A stretch of 64,000 nucleotides of DNA from Eledone cirrhosa (GCA_964016885.1 OZ024740.1:402628001-402692000), one strand, 5' to 3'; counted from the stretch's first letter, positions 1 to 13,660 are shown. Notes: generated from the sequence alone by a model not told the origin. A program made the numbers and translations.

Positions 1-3000
1 TTTATTATTATTTCCCAGAAGCAGAGTTTAAGTTATAGCCTCATATTCTTGTTTGAAATCGTATTACTCATTCATTTTATAAATTTAATATCTGCAGATA
101 CGTGATTTTATATAATATATTCTTAGTACTAACCGTAGATGGGATTTTCAACGTAATTCCAACTTAATCTTTTTGTAAGAACCAAAGGGATTGAAAGCAG
201 GATAAGGCAGGTTGAAGAAAATGAAATGAAATTAAATTTTCTGAGAAATGAAAAATACAAATGTTGTTTAAAACATTAAAATTGATCAATCCATTTCTGA
301 AACTTATCCCAAAGGACAATATCCATTTTGTAATCTTTGGTTGAATGCGATGCCAAACGACAGTTTGATATCGTTTGTGAGATTGTATTCGAATTTAATT
401 TAGTTGCAGTTCGTCTTCAGCTGTAGATCGTATTCTTGAACAGTTTCTGCATAAAGAGCATATCTGAATATGGTCTGCACAAGATGATTAATATGCTGCT
501 GGGAAGAAGGAAATAATCTAGTATATAAAAGTATTTACTTCATGATGGATGGTTTTATTAACACTAATCATAAACAACAAGTATATCAAAACACTGAGCT
601 GAGATTGCATTTCTTTTTAATGTATCATGAATGTATGTACGTATGTACGTATATTTATGTTCGTGTATGTGCATGCATATGTCAATATTATTATTATTGT
701 TCTTGTTCTTCTTCTTATTATTATTATTATTATTTTATTCGTCCTCTGTTTCTATTTATCACGTCTATACTTACAGCTCTATTCCGTTTCGGGATATTTA
801 AGTCTTCATATGGGGAAAAAGCAATATAATTAAATATCTACCCTGGAGAAATCGAAAGAGAAACGGCACAGAAGAGTAGGCTAAAATTAAATTAAAAGCA
901 TATTGCGAGTATATGTACGAGAGTTTGCCAGATATTTTTGCATATAAACTACCCACATTTTTCTGATTTCTAAATTTTGTTGCAGTTATTACATAACTTT
1001 ATAAAGTACTATTGAATACGATTGTCTTAATGTTCACAGATTGATACAATACAGTTGCCAAAGTTCGAAACATTACTGTAAATAGATAACCAACTAACCC
1101 GTACTAAAAAAAGGATAAAATAGAATCAACTATCAACGTATTGGTAACTTGAGAAGGGTGTGTGTGATGAAGAATGATGGGATCGTCTTTATCTTATAAA
1201 ACCATATTCCAAGTGAAGTGATCTGATGCAGACTAAATTCTGGGCAGGTATATTTCTGTAAACGTCTGTGGAAATTTCCTGGAAATCTCTTGAGCGGTAG
1301 TGTTAATAATTATCTGGAATGATTGTATGACGAATAGTGGACGTGTGGGATAGTTGCAAATAGAAAGTGAGAGTGTTAGAACCTCTATAGTTTGGCCAAT
1401 TATCTAGCAACAATCTAAATAATTACCCGTCTACGCCAATGTGACCTTAGCGCGCTAGATCAGGTTTATATAGTGAATATATAAATAAGTATAGTTTCTG
1501 TAACATATCAACATATGCTAGGATTTATACAATTCTCTAGACAAGGACATATTAATTAAATGCTCTATGTGCGTGTCCGAGACAGGGAGTATGCAAATAT
1601 GAGATTAGTGCGCTAGGTGAACGGGGATGTACAGGATTGATATGAGCATGATACATGCTGACACATTAGTGAATGCGTTAATGCAGTTGATGGCAGAGGT
1701 TTCTATGCTTAAAGAGCTAGTCTATCACACGTGATTCGTTCTAGCACATAGCCACCGCATCACGATCTCGGTCAATTTTGTAGTCGTACGGGAACACAAG
1801 TATCATACCCTAGATATTACCACTAATATGGAGTCGACAAGAAATCTATCAGTCTTCGACAAGAAATATGTCTGAGTATGGCCTATATTTTGTCAGATAA
1901 AACGGTAAAAAAGTGATAAGTAAAATTGAAGGCAGGAAATAATAGAGAGGAATTAAAGTAAGGGGCTAACGTTCATTAACTAAATTCAATACATTTTTTT
2001 TCTGAATGGGACTGTATTAAGCTATTTGAGTGAGATCACATTTCTAGAGAAATATGCTATATATTTTATTAAGTGTATTAAGAAATATTCATAATGATTG
2101 CAACATTTAAGAACAGTCATAATTGAATAAATGAAAATAAGCTATGCATAAATACCAAATCTTACTGCCAGGTACTAACAAGCAGTTAAGTTTTTATATA
2201 TATATACTGACGCTTCAAACATTTCCAAAATATTTTGTGAAAATCTGTACAAATGTTATGAAATTCTTTTAGATTCAACACAGGCAGTGACACAGATAGT
2301 TTCTAAAAATGAATGGGACTCTGATAAAAGACATCGAAAAGCCTTCCCAGCTTATAATTGTCGCCTAAAATCAATACACACATTTTACATAAATATCTTC
2401 TAATAAATGGAACTTTTATAAAAGACATCGAAAAGCCTTCCCAGCTTATAATATCACTATACATTTCTTGCTTTTGAAAACTTCAGCATATTCGTCAAGA
2501 AATAATTTAAGAAAATGATCATGAAATATTAAACACATTAACCCGATACACGAAAGGAGCGTATGAGGCATTGAATCTTAATATTTTTGACGACAAACAT
2601 ACATTAAGACGAGAAAGTAAAAACTGGTTGTCCGGCATCTGTAACATAAAATCTGATATAAGAATTTACATAGATTTCTTTTTATTTTAAGTCTGTAAAA
2701 TATCTGACCTCTTGTTTCAAAATGATTTAATCCATATGTAAATATATATAACGTAAACATTATTACATATATATTCAGTGTTACTTGCACACAGCAATCT
2801 ATGGTAGTGTTTGTTAAGTTGTTTGTTTAATATAATTTCTCATGTCTTCTCTTTATTTTAATGTCAGCATATGACTGTGAAAATATAGTTGTGAGAAATA
2901 GCATATTCCACTGGAGAAATGTTATATAATATGGAAACACTGACTGGAAAGTCAAGGGTTAACAATGTCATGACGAGGCCTATAAATATTAAACATCCAT

Positions 3001-3184
3001 ACTTCCGTTTCACAGGTCTCTTAGTTTATATTTCAAGTAATATGCACACATTTATCGTATATTATACATACAGACAAGAACACATATAAAAATTGTAGCG
3101 CAAAAGCACACGGAAAATAAATTTATCACTAACAATATAAATGAGGAAGATACATATAATTACACATACACAAGCACACCAACG

Positions 3185-3290
<106 letters not shown>

Positions 3291-3360
3291 CATATATATA
3301 TATATGTATATATATGTGTGTATTCACATGTATTCATAAATATATATTTCTATATATATA

Positions 3361-5428
3361 TCTACAGAGACGACGCCCTTCTCCTAGTTAAGAACCTAAA
3401 TAACCAGAACATAGAAAGACTGGGTAAGAATATTAGAAAGACTATCGGGAATCTAGGCCTTAGCATAAGGTATGAGTATAGCACTAAAATAGTTAACTTT
3501 CTAGACGCGACGCTTAACCTAAATACGGGACTTATAACACCTTTTCACAAGATTAATGAAAACTTATCATACATCAACTGTAACTCAAACCACCCACTAT
3601 CCATAATTAAATCCGTTCCGTGCAGCATATCCCTTAGGATCTCCCGCCTCTCGTCTAACCAACAAATATTCGAGGAACATGCAGAGTACTACAATACCGC
3701 ACTAGACAAGGCAGGCCACTTAGATAGAGTAGAATACATAGATGAAAGCCTCCGCAAAGCACACACGAACACGCATAACACAAACTCCAGAAACACCCAC
3801 ACACACATTTACGCATAGAACTACAAATTATAATGAAAATAAAATACAACATCGATATCAAGCAGGTCACGCAGTAGAAAATATATTTGGTATAACCCCA
3901 TATTTAACACCTCTATTAGTACTAATCTACCCTCTACCTTCTTTAGAATAATAAATAAGCACTTTCCAGATTCACATAGATACAGCAAAATCCTTAACAC
4001 TAAATCTATTAGACTATCTTACTCCACGGCACCAAATATAGAGGCACACGTTAAGATGCTTAACGCTAAAAAGATACGTAACAACACCAGAACACAAATT
4101 TATAACAATAACAATACAATTACCATTGAACACAAAATAATATCTAATACACAACCACCCACTAATAGGCAAACAAGACGTAACACACTTGTACAGGCAT
4201 CGGAACCCACTAATAATGCCAAGGTTGCCTATGACAAGAATTGTAATTGCCACCTACCTGAAACCTGTCCATTACATAACGAATGTATGCAGTCTAACCT
4301 GGTTTACAGTAGAATCAGACAACCAGAAATGGTATTACATCGGAGCGACTGGGAATACATTTAAAGCTCGTTGTTATACACACCGTTACGCAATGAAACA
4401 TTCCCAGCATCGTTATGTAACTACCCTTGCGAACAAGACCTGGCAACTGAGGGAAAGTAACCATCAATACACCCTGAAGTGGAAAAAATTATCGAACGCA
4501 CCCCCATATCGGAGTGGTATAAGAAGCTGTCGATTATGCGACCTTGAGCTGTTCCACATTTTGAGTTCGAAGAATAAGTTACTCAACAATAAAATCGAAA
4601 GATCAATTTATTGGAACCATAGACTCAAAGAAAAGTTTTCGCACTACAAGTACAAATCGAACCTTAACCTCTTACTACTACCACCTGACAAACTGCATAT
4701 ACTTAGACTTTCTACCCTCTTATTGTATACAACCCCTTTAATTACCCTCAAAAACCAATACCTACATCCCTCCCTTCTCCTTCATTCCTTTTCTATATTT
4801 TTTTGCTTTCTTCCTTTCTTCTCTCTCCTATTTGTTGATGTCTTTTTTTTTCTTCTTTCTACCCCCCCCCCCTTTCTTTATTTTATTTATTTATTTATTT
4901 ATTAATATTATTATTTTTATATATATATATATATATATTTATCTCTCTATTTCTCCCCCTCTCTCTCTTTCTCTCTCTCACTCTCCATCCCTCCCACTAT
5001 AAACAATTTAATACTCTTTAACTCACTGCACTCTAAATCAACGACATCATGTCTACATATATCAAAACTGATCAAAGATTCCTTCCACCTATACCCCTCC
5101 CTCCATCTCAGTTTGTCACCCTACTTCCTAATTCTTCTCCCCTTCCTCTCTCTCTATACTACTCCCTTAGTCCCTCCACTTTCTAATTCCTCTTCCTCTC
5201 TCTCTATACTAGCAAATACAATTCCAAAAAAATGTTTTTCTCTATATATTAAGAACTTGTTAAGAGTAAGTTATTCACTAATTTGAAAATTTGGACGTGT
5301 ACAACAATTATTATTGAGTGGCTGCTATTTGCAGTATAGCAATATAAGGTTGCACTTACCAATAAAACGGTCGTAAATACCTGGATAAAATCCTTTTTTA
5401 ATGCTTACCTGTGTTTTCTCTTTTATCC
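3361..5428 (+). mobile_element. 5'-truncated, frameshifted Penelope-like element (Naiad-like): RT C-terminus, Zn motif, GIY-YIG endonuclease, pyrimidine-rich 3' UTR
   Basis: Translations show YRDD...VNFLDATLNL...YINCNSNHP (PLE RT and thumb), IWYNP, CNCHLPETCPLHNEC (CxCx5Cx5C), and WYYIGATGNTFKAR...WKKL...CRLC (GIY-YIG). Several frameshifts. TA-rich repeats at both ends. The 3' boundary is approximate. Confidence 0.9.
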
Positions 5429-5445
5429 TATATATATATATATAT

Positions 5446-5975
5446 ATAAAAATATGAGAAAAATGGAGAGCTGCGTGGTTGCACATGGGTTACATATGAA
5501 TAAAATTAGTCCTTCATCAGTGATCTTCCAACTTTCATTTGTATTTCATCGCTTTAAAAATCATATACCTCTAGTTGGTGCGATAAATAACTAAATAAAG
5601 TTATTGGGACAAGTAAAATAGGGCGAAACGAGCGAGACATGTAAACAAACAACGATGGTATTGCAACGGAAAGATAGGAAGAGACAAGTACATGATATCT
5701 GTAAGGTGAAGCTTGGTGAATTCATGGACGAGGGATACAGTCCATCCGACATGGGTGAGATGTGAGCGAGAAAAGGATTTCACACAGGTCAAACGGGAGG
5801 AATTGAGAGAGCGGGAGAAGCAGAGAGTGGGACTGGCCGAGGGGGTAAAAAGAGAGATACAGAGAGAGGGGAAGCAGTAAGAAAGAATTAGACAATCGCA
5901 GCTGAGGAAAAAATATAAATATGAGAAAAATGGAGAGCTGCGTGGTTGCACATGGGTTACATATAAATAAAATTA
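5446..5975 (-). mobile_element. Non-autonomous PLE-like element with partial tandem pseudo-LTR and a broken hammerhead
   Basis: A ~60 bp direct repeat (atatgagaaaaatggagagctgcgtggttgcacatgggttacatat) lies at ~5451 and ~5918. The minus strand has CTGATGA at 5514-5520 with no downstream GAAA. Abuts (TA)n. Confidence 0.5.
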
Positions 5976-6053
5976 AACGAAGGAAGAGTGGTAAGGAGCC
6001 AGATGGACCATAACGCACCATAGTACTCAATACTTAGAGTAGTAGAGTAGGTA
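5976..6053 (-). mobile_element. Tail fragment of the 7143/48250 HHR fold-back family
   Basis: aacgaagga...ggaccataacgcacca...gtactcaatactta matches 48250-48330 directly and 7255-7335 as reverse complement. Confidence 0.75.
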
Positions 6054-6062
6054 AAATATATA

Positions 6063-7020
6063 TACTTATTAAAATAACAGATTAAAGTTTAAACAAAGAA
6101 TCACTGCTTTGACCCTTAACGGGATCTTCTGAAACTAAAAAAATCAATCTGTGAACGCAGAAGTAAATATTTCGAAAAATGTTGCAACCGAAGGAAGACA
6201 GCAAGACGATACCTTGGTTCATGGAAACGTTCCCTGGCAATGAAAGGAAAAAACGAAGATAATACGTCATTATTTGGAGCGGTGGATTGGAAGTATCGGT
6301 AGAGGGTCGGACGCCATGCTTTGACGCATAGAGTTACATCCCTTGCCATTCTGAGTTCAAATCCCGCCGAGTTTAACTTTGCCTTTCATCCTTACGGGGT
6401 CGATAAAATAAAGTACCAGTAATACCCTGGTAAATTGTTGGCCTTGTGCCAAAAGTAGAAACAGTTATTTGGAGCGGTGAAAATAATTACACAAAAAACA
6501 CTTTTATGGTATAACTGAAGTCGTAGACTAAAATTCTATTTAGGAATCCGAATGATTCTCGGCTTCAGAGTTAAGAATAATGTAAATAAATTACAGAGGT
6601 AATTGAAATCAACAAGAATTAAATATATACATGCACGCATCCATATACGTACATACACATGCATACGCGAAAACACCCGCCATGGGTATGCAAATACAAG
6701 CACGTAAACAAAAAAACACGCTCGTATATACAGAACGCACGCAACGCCTGTACCCGCACACATACGAACGTATACACAAAATACACATAAAAATATATAT
6801 TAAACATTATACATATATATGTGTGTGTGTGTGCGTGTATACATATAATTATATAAACGTATATAAATATACACACATAAATACGTATATAACGCGCGCG
6901 CACACATAGCTACATTTACTTCTGTGCTCACAGATTGATTTTTTTAGTTTCAGAAGATCCCGTTAAGATTGAAAGCAGCGATTCTTTGCTTAAACTTTAA
7001 TCTGTTATTTTAATAAATAT
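6063..7020. repeat. ~105 bp inverted repeat pair (6063-6167 / 6913-7020) enclosing a SINE and microsatellite
   Basis: ttattaaaataacagattaaagttta...gatcttctgaaactaaaaaaatcaatctgtga is the reverse complement of tcacagattgatttttttagtttcagaagatc...taaactttaatctgttattttaataa. Confidence 0.8.
6277..6470 (+). mobile_element. tRNA-derived SINE, family A (the most abundant family here)
   Basis: B-box-like gagttcaaatccc, central block aactttgcctttcatccttacggggtcgataaaataaagtaccag, and 3' end ggccttgtgccaaaagtagaaac-att. More than 15 copies in the window. Confidence 0.85.
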
Positions 7021-7103
7021 TTGCTCTACGGTTCTTATATATTTGATATATATTTATCCTTATCGAGCCCTCTTTGGATTTTAGTCTTCAAATTTATTAT
7101 TAT

Positions 7104-7142
<39 letters not shown>

Positions 7143-7144
<2 letters not shown>

Positions 7145-7335
7145 AACAAGTATGACCCAGACAGCAGAGCTCAAGCCGTTTCGACGGCTAATTCTGGACT
7201 CAGAATTAGCCGTCGAAACGGCTTGAGCTCTGCCGTCGGGGTCATACTTGTTCCAATTACCCACTCTATTACCCTAAGTATTGAGTACTTTGGTGCGTTA
7301 TGGTCCATCTGGTTCTTTACCACATTTCCTTCGTT
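7143..7335 (+). mobile_element. Short fold-back element in (TA)n: ~54 bp palindromic arms carrying an HHR 3' half, plus an 80 bp tail
   Basis: Arms are 7143-7196 and 7201-7254 around loop GACT. The right arm reads long hairpin-GAAAC-GGC(ttgagctct)GCC-GTC-ggggtc. TA repeats on both sides. Confidence 0.8.
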
Positions 7336-7489
7336 ATATATATATATTTATATATATATATGTGTGTAGGTGGGGGGTGAGTGTATGTGTATATATGTAG
7401 GTATGCATGAATGTGGGTATTTACATATTCATCTGTCTCTCGCAATTTATGCGACACTATGCCACTCTATGCCCATGCTTACTATTCTC

Positions 7490-7695
7490 CGCACGCTATG
7501 CCACCGATGTTGCCCAAGGCAAAGGCAAAGATCAATACAGCTTTGCATCTGTGTCGTCGCAACTCATTTTTCCAGCTGAATGAACTGAAATCACGCGAAA
7601 TAAAGTGTTTGCTGAAGGACAAAATGCAGCGCTTGTTGTGAGAATCGAACTTACAAACTCACGATCGTAAGCCCAACGCTCTAACCACGTAGTTT
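7490..7695 (-). mobile_element. Degenerate tRNA-derived SINE, family B
   Basis: The minus strand reads tggttagagcg...gtaagttcgattc (A and B boxes), then tgtccttcagcaaacactttatttc...cagctg. Confidence 0.6.
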
Positions 7696-9754
7696 CTGTC
7701 GAGCAAATTCTACTCACAAGTTTTCAGTCACGGCTTGTGTAAGAAATAGGATCGAACATTGCATTACTTGCTTGTAAAATGAATTTCTTATTCATAAAAA
7801 TATGTTAGTATTCTTGAATTTGGATTGAAAAAGTTTGAGCGAAAATTAATATGAACAGAGAAACTAATTATGAAAAGAATAAAAATATGGAAATGTAATT
7901 AATAAAGAAAGGATATAATTATGAGGGAGAGAAGAAATGAGGTATTGAATATAATGAAAAAAGATGATGAAATGAATAAGACCACATGGCCGGAAATAGA
8001 AGAATAATTAACAAATAAAATTAATTATTTCGTGAGATTTCGGGTAGCTGGAAGTAGGAAGTTGCGGATATTTTACTTTTGTGTTGGAGGAAATAAGTAT
8101 ATGAAGTTGGACCATTTTTCGACAATGCCCTGTTTTTTTATTATCTTACTTTTTAATGACGAGAGGAAGGCTAGCTCTCGTGGTTTTGCTCATTTATCCA
8201 CGGCCTCCGAGATTACAGGTAAGGACGAAAATATCTATAATTCGAAGACCTCGCTTGAATGTTTCCTGTAGAGCCAATCCATTAAAATATCCAATGACCA
8301 AATGAGGATGTTAAAACGGGTGACGATATATCCATGTGGGTTACATCAACATTAAAACTCAAAAGAAAAAGAGCCCGAACATATTCTATAGGGCATTTTA
8401 GTTATTCCCCTCTCACTCTTTTATGGTACTTTACTTTGTGTGAAAGGAGGACATGTAATGTTGGCTTCGGTATGATTTGAACTCTTCTTGTAGATAGCCA
8501 AAGAAATACGGCAGCCAATTCTGTCCTATATTATAATCAGTCTGTCAATTCGACGCCTCTTTTTCCGGTTTTTCCTTTTCGTCTGGTTTCTTTATGTCTA
8601 GCTACTCATCTTACTTCTGTCATTGTTCTCTTCATGATTACTACTTTTTGTCTGTATGCCCTTCTTTAATTCTATTTTCTCTAGAATTTTCTTCGTGTAT
8701 TCGAACACTTGATAACTATTTTATTTATCTATTTACGTTTCTCCTTCTATTTTCATTTCCTATGTTTTTAGTTTCCGTCTTTCCTCAACAACCTAGCTTT
8801 CTTTATCTCACTATGTCGTTTTCTTTCATTCTTTATCTCGTCTAATCTTTATCTACCTCTTTGCCGTCAGTCCTTGAACATAGCTATTTTCTGGCAAACG
8901 AAACGTTTCCCTGTAACACCTTTTAACAGCTTCGCGGCAATTTCCTGATCCTTTCATCACTTCAACTACAAGATAATACCAAAGCTTTGATTAGTATTTA
9001 CACTTCAACCTTTATAAGTGTGCTTTGATTTTACTTTTAAACATTGCCTTTTATGTATGTCAACATATATTTAAACTACTCCACACCACTAATGATACGT
9101 CTTCTCCACACGTTTATACAAGGCTAATGTAAACGGGCCATAGATGTACAGTTTCTTCAGAGGTTAGTAATATCAGATAAAACTTGAGAGGGAAGGTTAA
9201 CATTTAACATGTCTAAAAAAACAAATCAATGTTCAAATACGAAACAAGAAGAAATAGAATGTCAATGTCAGTGACGAAAATGAGAATATATTGGAATAGC
9301 TGGGACCAATGTAGAACAGAATTTGTCGATAGATAGAGGAGCTGACAGCTATTCTCAATTCAATCCTTTTTGAGTAAGTAAATTATTGCTAACATTAACG
9401 CATTGGATAACACAAATTGTAGGCAGTGTAGCTGACCAGCTTTTACATTAAAACACCAAGAAAAATATTAAAGTCAAAAAGAAAATAAGAATAGGTTAGT
9501 TGGACTTTCCTTTCTATGAAATCTCTCTAAAAGACGATGCAGAAACATTACAAATATGAAATTAAAACTTTAACTTTAAAAAACAGTTTGTGTCAACGGT
9601 ACGTGTTGGTAGACTGGAATATAAAATATACATACCGACAAAAAGAATATATTGGTTTTGGTGTAAATCTAAATAGTAAACATGATACAATATATACAAT
9701 ATATAGCATATATACTCGCATGCACGTACACGCACGTATGCATTCATGCGCATC

Positions 9755-10400
9755 GGCGTTTCCCTCAGACTTGGCCTCCGGATCTGCGAGCCACACCAAT
9801 GTCGTTGTTGATCCACCGTGGACTCTTTCGGCCTCCACCCGCTTTCCTGTCGCCACAGTGCGGCCGCCTTCCACGCCATGCTACCTTCAACCAGGTCATA
9901 AAGCATGGCTTCGACGCTGCAGTCTTCTCTTCCCAGCTCGAATGGGACTGGACCGAGGGGACAGCAAAAGGCCAGATAGTATGACCATCTTCCCGTTCCG
10001 CGGTGGCAAACTCCTCGTCTGGGATGCAACTTGCACCAACACATTCTCCAGCCATAACCTAGTGCAGTCTGCGACTAACCCAGGTTCTGCTGCACTTCGG
10101 GCTGAGGAGGCCAAACTCTCCAAATACCGGTCACTCTCCGATAGGTTTGTGGTCGTACCCTTGGCAGTGGAGACTTCTGGTGTCCTCAGCCCTAGGGCTA
10201 CCTCCCTACTCACCACCATAGGTGCAGAGCTAGCCAGCCGCAGGTGTGAGCCTCGCGAGTTGGAATGGCTCTTCCAGCGCGTCTCCGCTGTCGTCCTCCG
10301 GGGAAACGCCTTCTCCATTTTGTCCGCCGGGACTGTGGGTTAGCCATCAATATTATTGACTGACTTGTCATTTTATCATGTGCCTTTTATATCTATATCT
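9755..10400 (+). mobile_element. 3' fragment of a CRE-like non-LTR retrotransposon (Zn knuckle plus restriction-like endonuclease)
   Basis: CEPHQCRC..HPLSC knuckle, then RHATFNQVIK, then KRPD...LVWDATC...AEEAKLSKY...VPLAVETSG...LFQRVSAVVLRGNA with stop at 10343. Frameshifted. Followed by a long (TA)n. Confidence 0.85.
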
Positions 10401-10419
10401 ATCCCACACACAAGTATGG

Positions 10420-10540
<121 letters not shown>

Positions 10541-10541
10541 C

Positions 10542-10608
<67 letters not shown>

Positions 10609-10689
10609 CCCGCGTGTGTGTGTGTGTGCGTCTGTGTGCATGTATGTACGCGAATTTCCCTATACAATTCCTTCTAATGAATATACATT

Positions 10690-11185
10690 ATAGTATGCGA
10701 AATAGTGCGACTAATTCATGGGAATGTTATAGCTACTACGGTATACAATTGATTTAAGGCGAGGGCGAATGAGTTCAATGCGACCATGGAAGAAAAGTGT
10801 GCTGTCCTACTGAAGCGCAAAAACTAACCCACCAAGCAACGCTGCGAGCCTTGAGATCAGCTAGGAACATCACACAAAAATTGCTTGACGTTGTGCAAAT
10901 AACCACTGGTTACATCTATGCGAAGACATCCAGCGCTCATTTGACACAAGTAATTTTCGAGGAATGTATGAGAGTATCACTAAAGTCATTGGCCCAACCC
11001 AGAGCAAGATAGTTCCTATCAAATCCTGAACAGGTGACGCCATCAAAGAGAAAAGAGAGAAGTTGGAGAGACGGGTGGAACATTACTCCGAACTCTACGT
11101 CAAGGAAAATCGCATCTCACACAACGCGCTAGAAAACCTACCGTGGAAAACCTACCAATCATGGAAGCGCTAGATGCTAGAATTC
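10690..11185 (+). mobile_element. Degenerate RTE-like LINE fragment (region between endonuclease and RT)
   Basis: About 11067-11140 translates [25 protein letters not shown], resembling the RTE RW.EH.SEL motif. Stops and frameshifts are present. Boundaries are approximate. Confidence 0.55.
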
Positions 11186-11310
11186 TTCTGGGCATATACA
11201 ACACCTGGTTCTATCGTATATTATGGAGATGGCATCAACTAAATTACACATACACATGCACACACACACATAAACACACATACACACCTACACACCTACA
11301 TACATACATC

Positions 11311-11410
<100 letters not shown>

Positions 11411-11416
11411 CATATG

Positions 11417-11532
<116 letters not shown>

Positions 11533-11604
11533 TACATATGTATGTATATATATATATATATATATAGATATATAGATATATATATATATATATATATACA
11601 TACA

Positions 11605-12347
11605 TATAAATGAAAATAGAGAAATTATTGTGAGCAAGAAGCCAACAGTACTTCATAATATATAAGTGTGTAAGTGATGACTATAACGTCAAGATGGAAA
11701 ATATTTAACGTAAGATATAGGAAAATAATTCAAACTCAATTAGACAAAAATCAAAACAGAAATTTTATCCACAGATTTTGTGAAATCCAAGGAAAAAACC
11801 AATAGAGACTTAACTCAGAATAAAATTAAAGGTTAAATACTTACCTTCAATTTGGAAAAACTACAAATGCTCTATATAGTCTTAAAAAGACTATTTCACG
11901 AAACATTTCAGTGGGGTTGGAGTCATTCATCAGTAGAGCTCAAACACGATAACCCAAAATCGCACTGCTAAAATATGCCAGAAGGGGAATTTAATAGCAG
12001 GCTAGTACACCTCGTGTGGAATTATGAAAATAAAAACACATGGAGAACAGTGCTAATGACGTCAGAATGAGACGAATGTCTGTTTACAAGAAACAGCAGA
12101 CAAAAAATTCCGAAAAAAACTCAACAAAAAGGTATGGAGTTCAGCATATAGCAATATTATCGCGGTTTCTTTTTTAAAAAGACCGGAATTAGTCACAAAT
12201 AATTTTAAACACTCTAGAAAAAATTCCGAGTATAAATATAAATGAAAATAGTGAAATTAATGTGAGCAAGAAGCCAACAGTATTTCATAATATATAAGTG
12301 AGTGTAACGTCAAGATGGAAAATATTTAACGTAAGATATGGGAAAAA
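11605..12347 (-). mobile_element. Non-autonomous PLE-like element with partial tandem pseudo-LTR and HHR
   Basis: A ~120 bp direct repeat (tataaatgaaaatag...gtcaagatggaaaatatttaacgtaagatat) lies at ~11605 and ~12237. Contains the HHR at 11869-11939. Homologous to 28482-28870. Starts at (TA)n. Confidence 0.75.
11869..11939 (-). ncRNA. Type I hammerhead ribozyme
   Basis: Minus strand: GCTCTA CTGATGA atga...tcgt GAAA TAGTCT tttta AGACTA TA TAGAGC. Stems I and III pair fully; stem II is short. Confidence 0.8.
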
Positions 12348-12350
12348 GAT

Positions 12351-12408
12351 ATGCTAATTTTGGCATACCGCCTATGGAAGCACCATAGCTACCATTATAC
12401 ACAAGTAT

Positions 12409-12466
<58 letters not shown>

Positions 12467-12637
12467 ATATACTTGTGTATAATGGTATCTATGGTGCTTC
12501 CATAGGCGGTATGCCAAAATTAGCACTCAATATTCATACAGAGTAGAGTGTGTTTTATAAATTTTGACATAGCCAAGGAAATATATATATATATATATAT
12601 GTTTCCTTGGCTATTTCAAAATTTATAAAACACACTT
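12351..12637. repeat. Two inverted repeats, each centred on a (TA)n tract (12351-12525 and 12547-12637)
   Basis: tgctaattttggcataccgcctatggaagcaccatag pairs with ctatggtgcttccataggcggtatgccaaaattagca. agtgtgttttataaattttgacatagccaaggaa pairs with ttccttggctatttcaaaatttataaaacacact. Confidence 0.85.
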
Positions 12638-12639
12638 TG

Positions 12640-12703
12640 TATTTTATCTGATGAAAGCGTACCAAAGTGTTTGGTACCCTTGAAATATATATATAATAGA
12701 ATA
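12640..12703 (+). ncRNA. Minimal type I hammerhead ribozyme (PLE type, palindromic stem III)
   Basis: TATTTTAT CTGATGA AAGcGTACCAAA gtg TTTGGTACcCTT GAAA TATATATA TA ATAGAATA. Lies within a short element (12601-12830) bounded by (TA)n. Confidence 0.8.
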
Positions 12704-12829
12704 AATATGGTTTTATAAATATAGTTTCCATTTATTTAATATCATTGAATATTTACTCCAGAAACTTGTCGAGTGCTCTGAATCAGTTATATTTGTTGAA
12801 TTTCCAACAAATTAAATATCCCTTCTACT

Positions 12830-12861
<32 letters not shown>

Positions 12862-12862
<1 letters not shown>

Positions 12863-13244
12863 GTAGGAGGTGAGTTTTATTCTAGCACAATAAAGCAATA
12901 CAAATATAGGATAAGTAGCACTCAACAGTTTATTGCACTGGAGTATATATAAGAAGAAATTAAAAGATGGTTAACAAATTTTCATGTATTTTATTATGCG
13001 CATTTCCTCTTCCTTAATTTTTTCCCCTTCCTTTCTTTTTTTCCAATCTCCTATATCCTTTGAAATTTATTTATCATATGTTGGTTAGACACTACCTTGC
13101 TCACAAGTGTTTTTTTAAGCTTCATATCATGTCTCCCTATTTTATCTGATGAGAACGCAAATATCGGCCCAGGATGATATTTGTTTTTGAAATGCGCAAT
13201 AATAAAATACATGGAACTTTTTTAACCATCTTTTAATTTCTTCT

Positions 13245-13246
<2 letters not shown>
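12862..13246. mobile_element. Solo pseudo-LTR pair in inverted arrangement, related to the 34733 PLE family
   Basis: 12862-13005 matches 34733-34881. About 13075-13246 is the opposite-strand copy including the HHR. Flanked by (TA)n. Confidence 0.8.
13138..13209 (+). ncRNA. Minimal type I hammerhead ribozyme
   Basis: TATTTTAT CTGATGA gaacgCAAATATC...GATATTTGttttt GAAA TGCGCA ATA ATAAAATA. TGCGCA is palindromic. Confidence 0.75.
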
Positions 13247-13278
<32 letters not shown>

Positions 13279-13461
13279 TAGTAACACAATAGTTAGTTCA
13301 CAATACTGAGCAGAATTGTTTCACCTTACGCGGATCTTCAGCTCGGACTGGTAATGGTTGTACGGAACAGGAAGAACAACCGTATGAACGCGCATGCGCA
13401 GAAACGGTCATTTTACCCAAGCGATACAAAATAAATATATATATATATATTAACATATATT

Positions 13462-13515
<54 letters not shown>

Positions 13516-13547
13516 AGCTATATATACATATAGCTACCATTATACAC

Positions 13548-13660
<113 letters not shown>

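Noticed and set aside
2324-2452. 35 bp direct repeat ataaaagacatcgaaaagccttcccagcttataat
   Set aside because: It looks like a simple local duplication with no element features between the copies.
13306-13351. Minus-strand CTGAAGA-tccgcgtaaggt-GAAAC hammerhead
   Set aside because: Core boxes are present, but stem III, the cleavage triplet and stem I are too degenerate to call. It is possibly a decayed copy.
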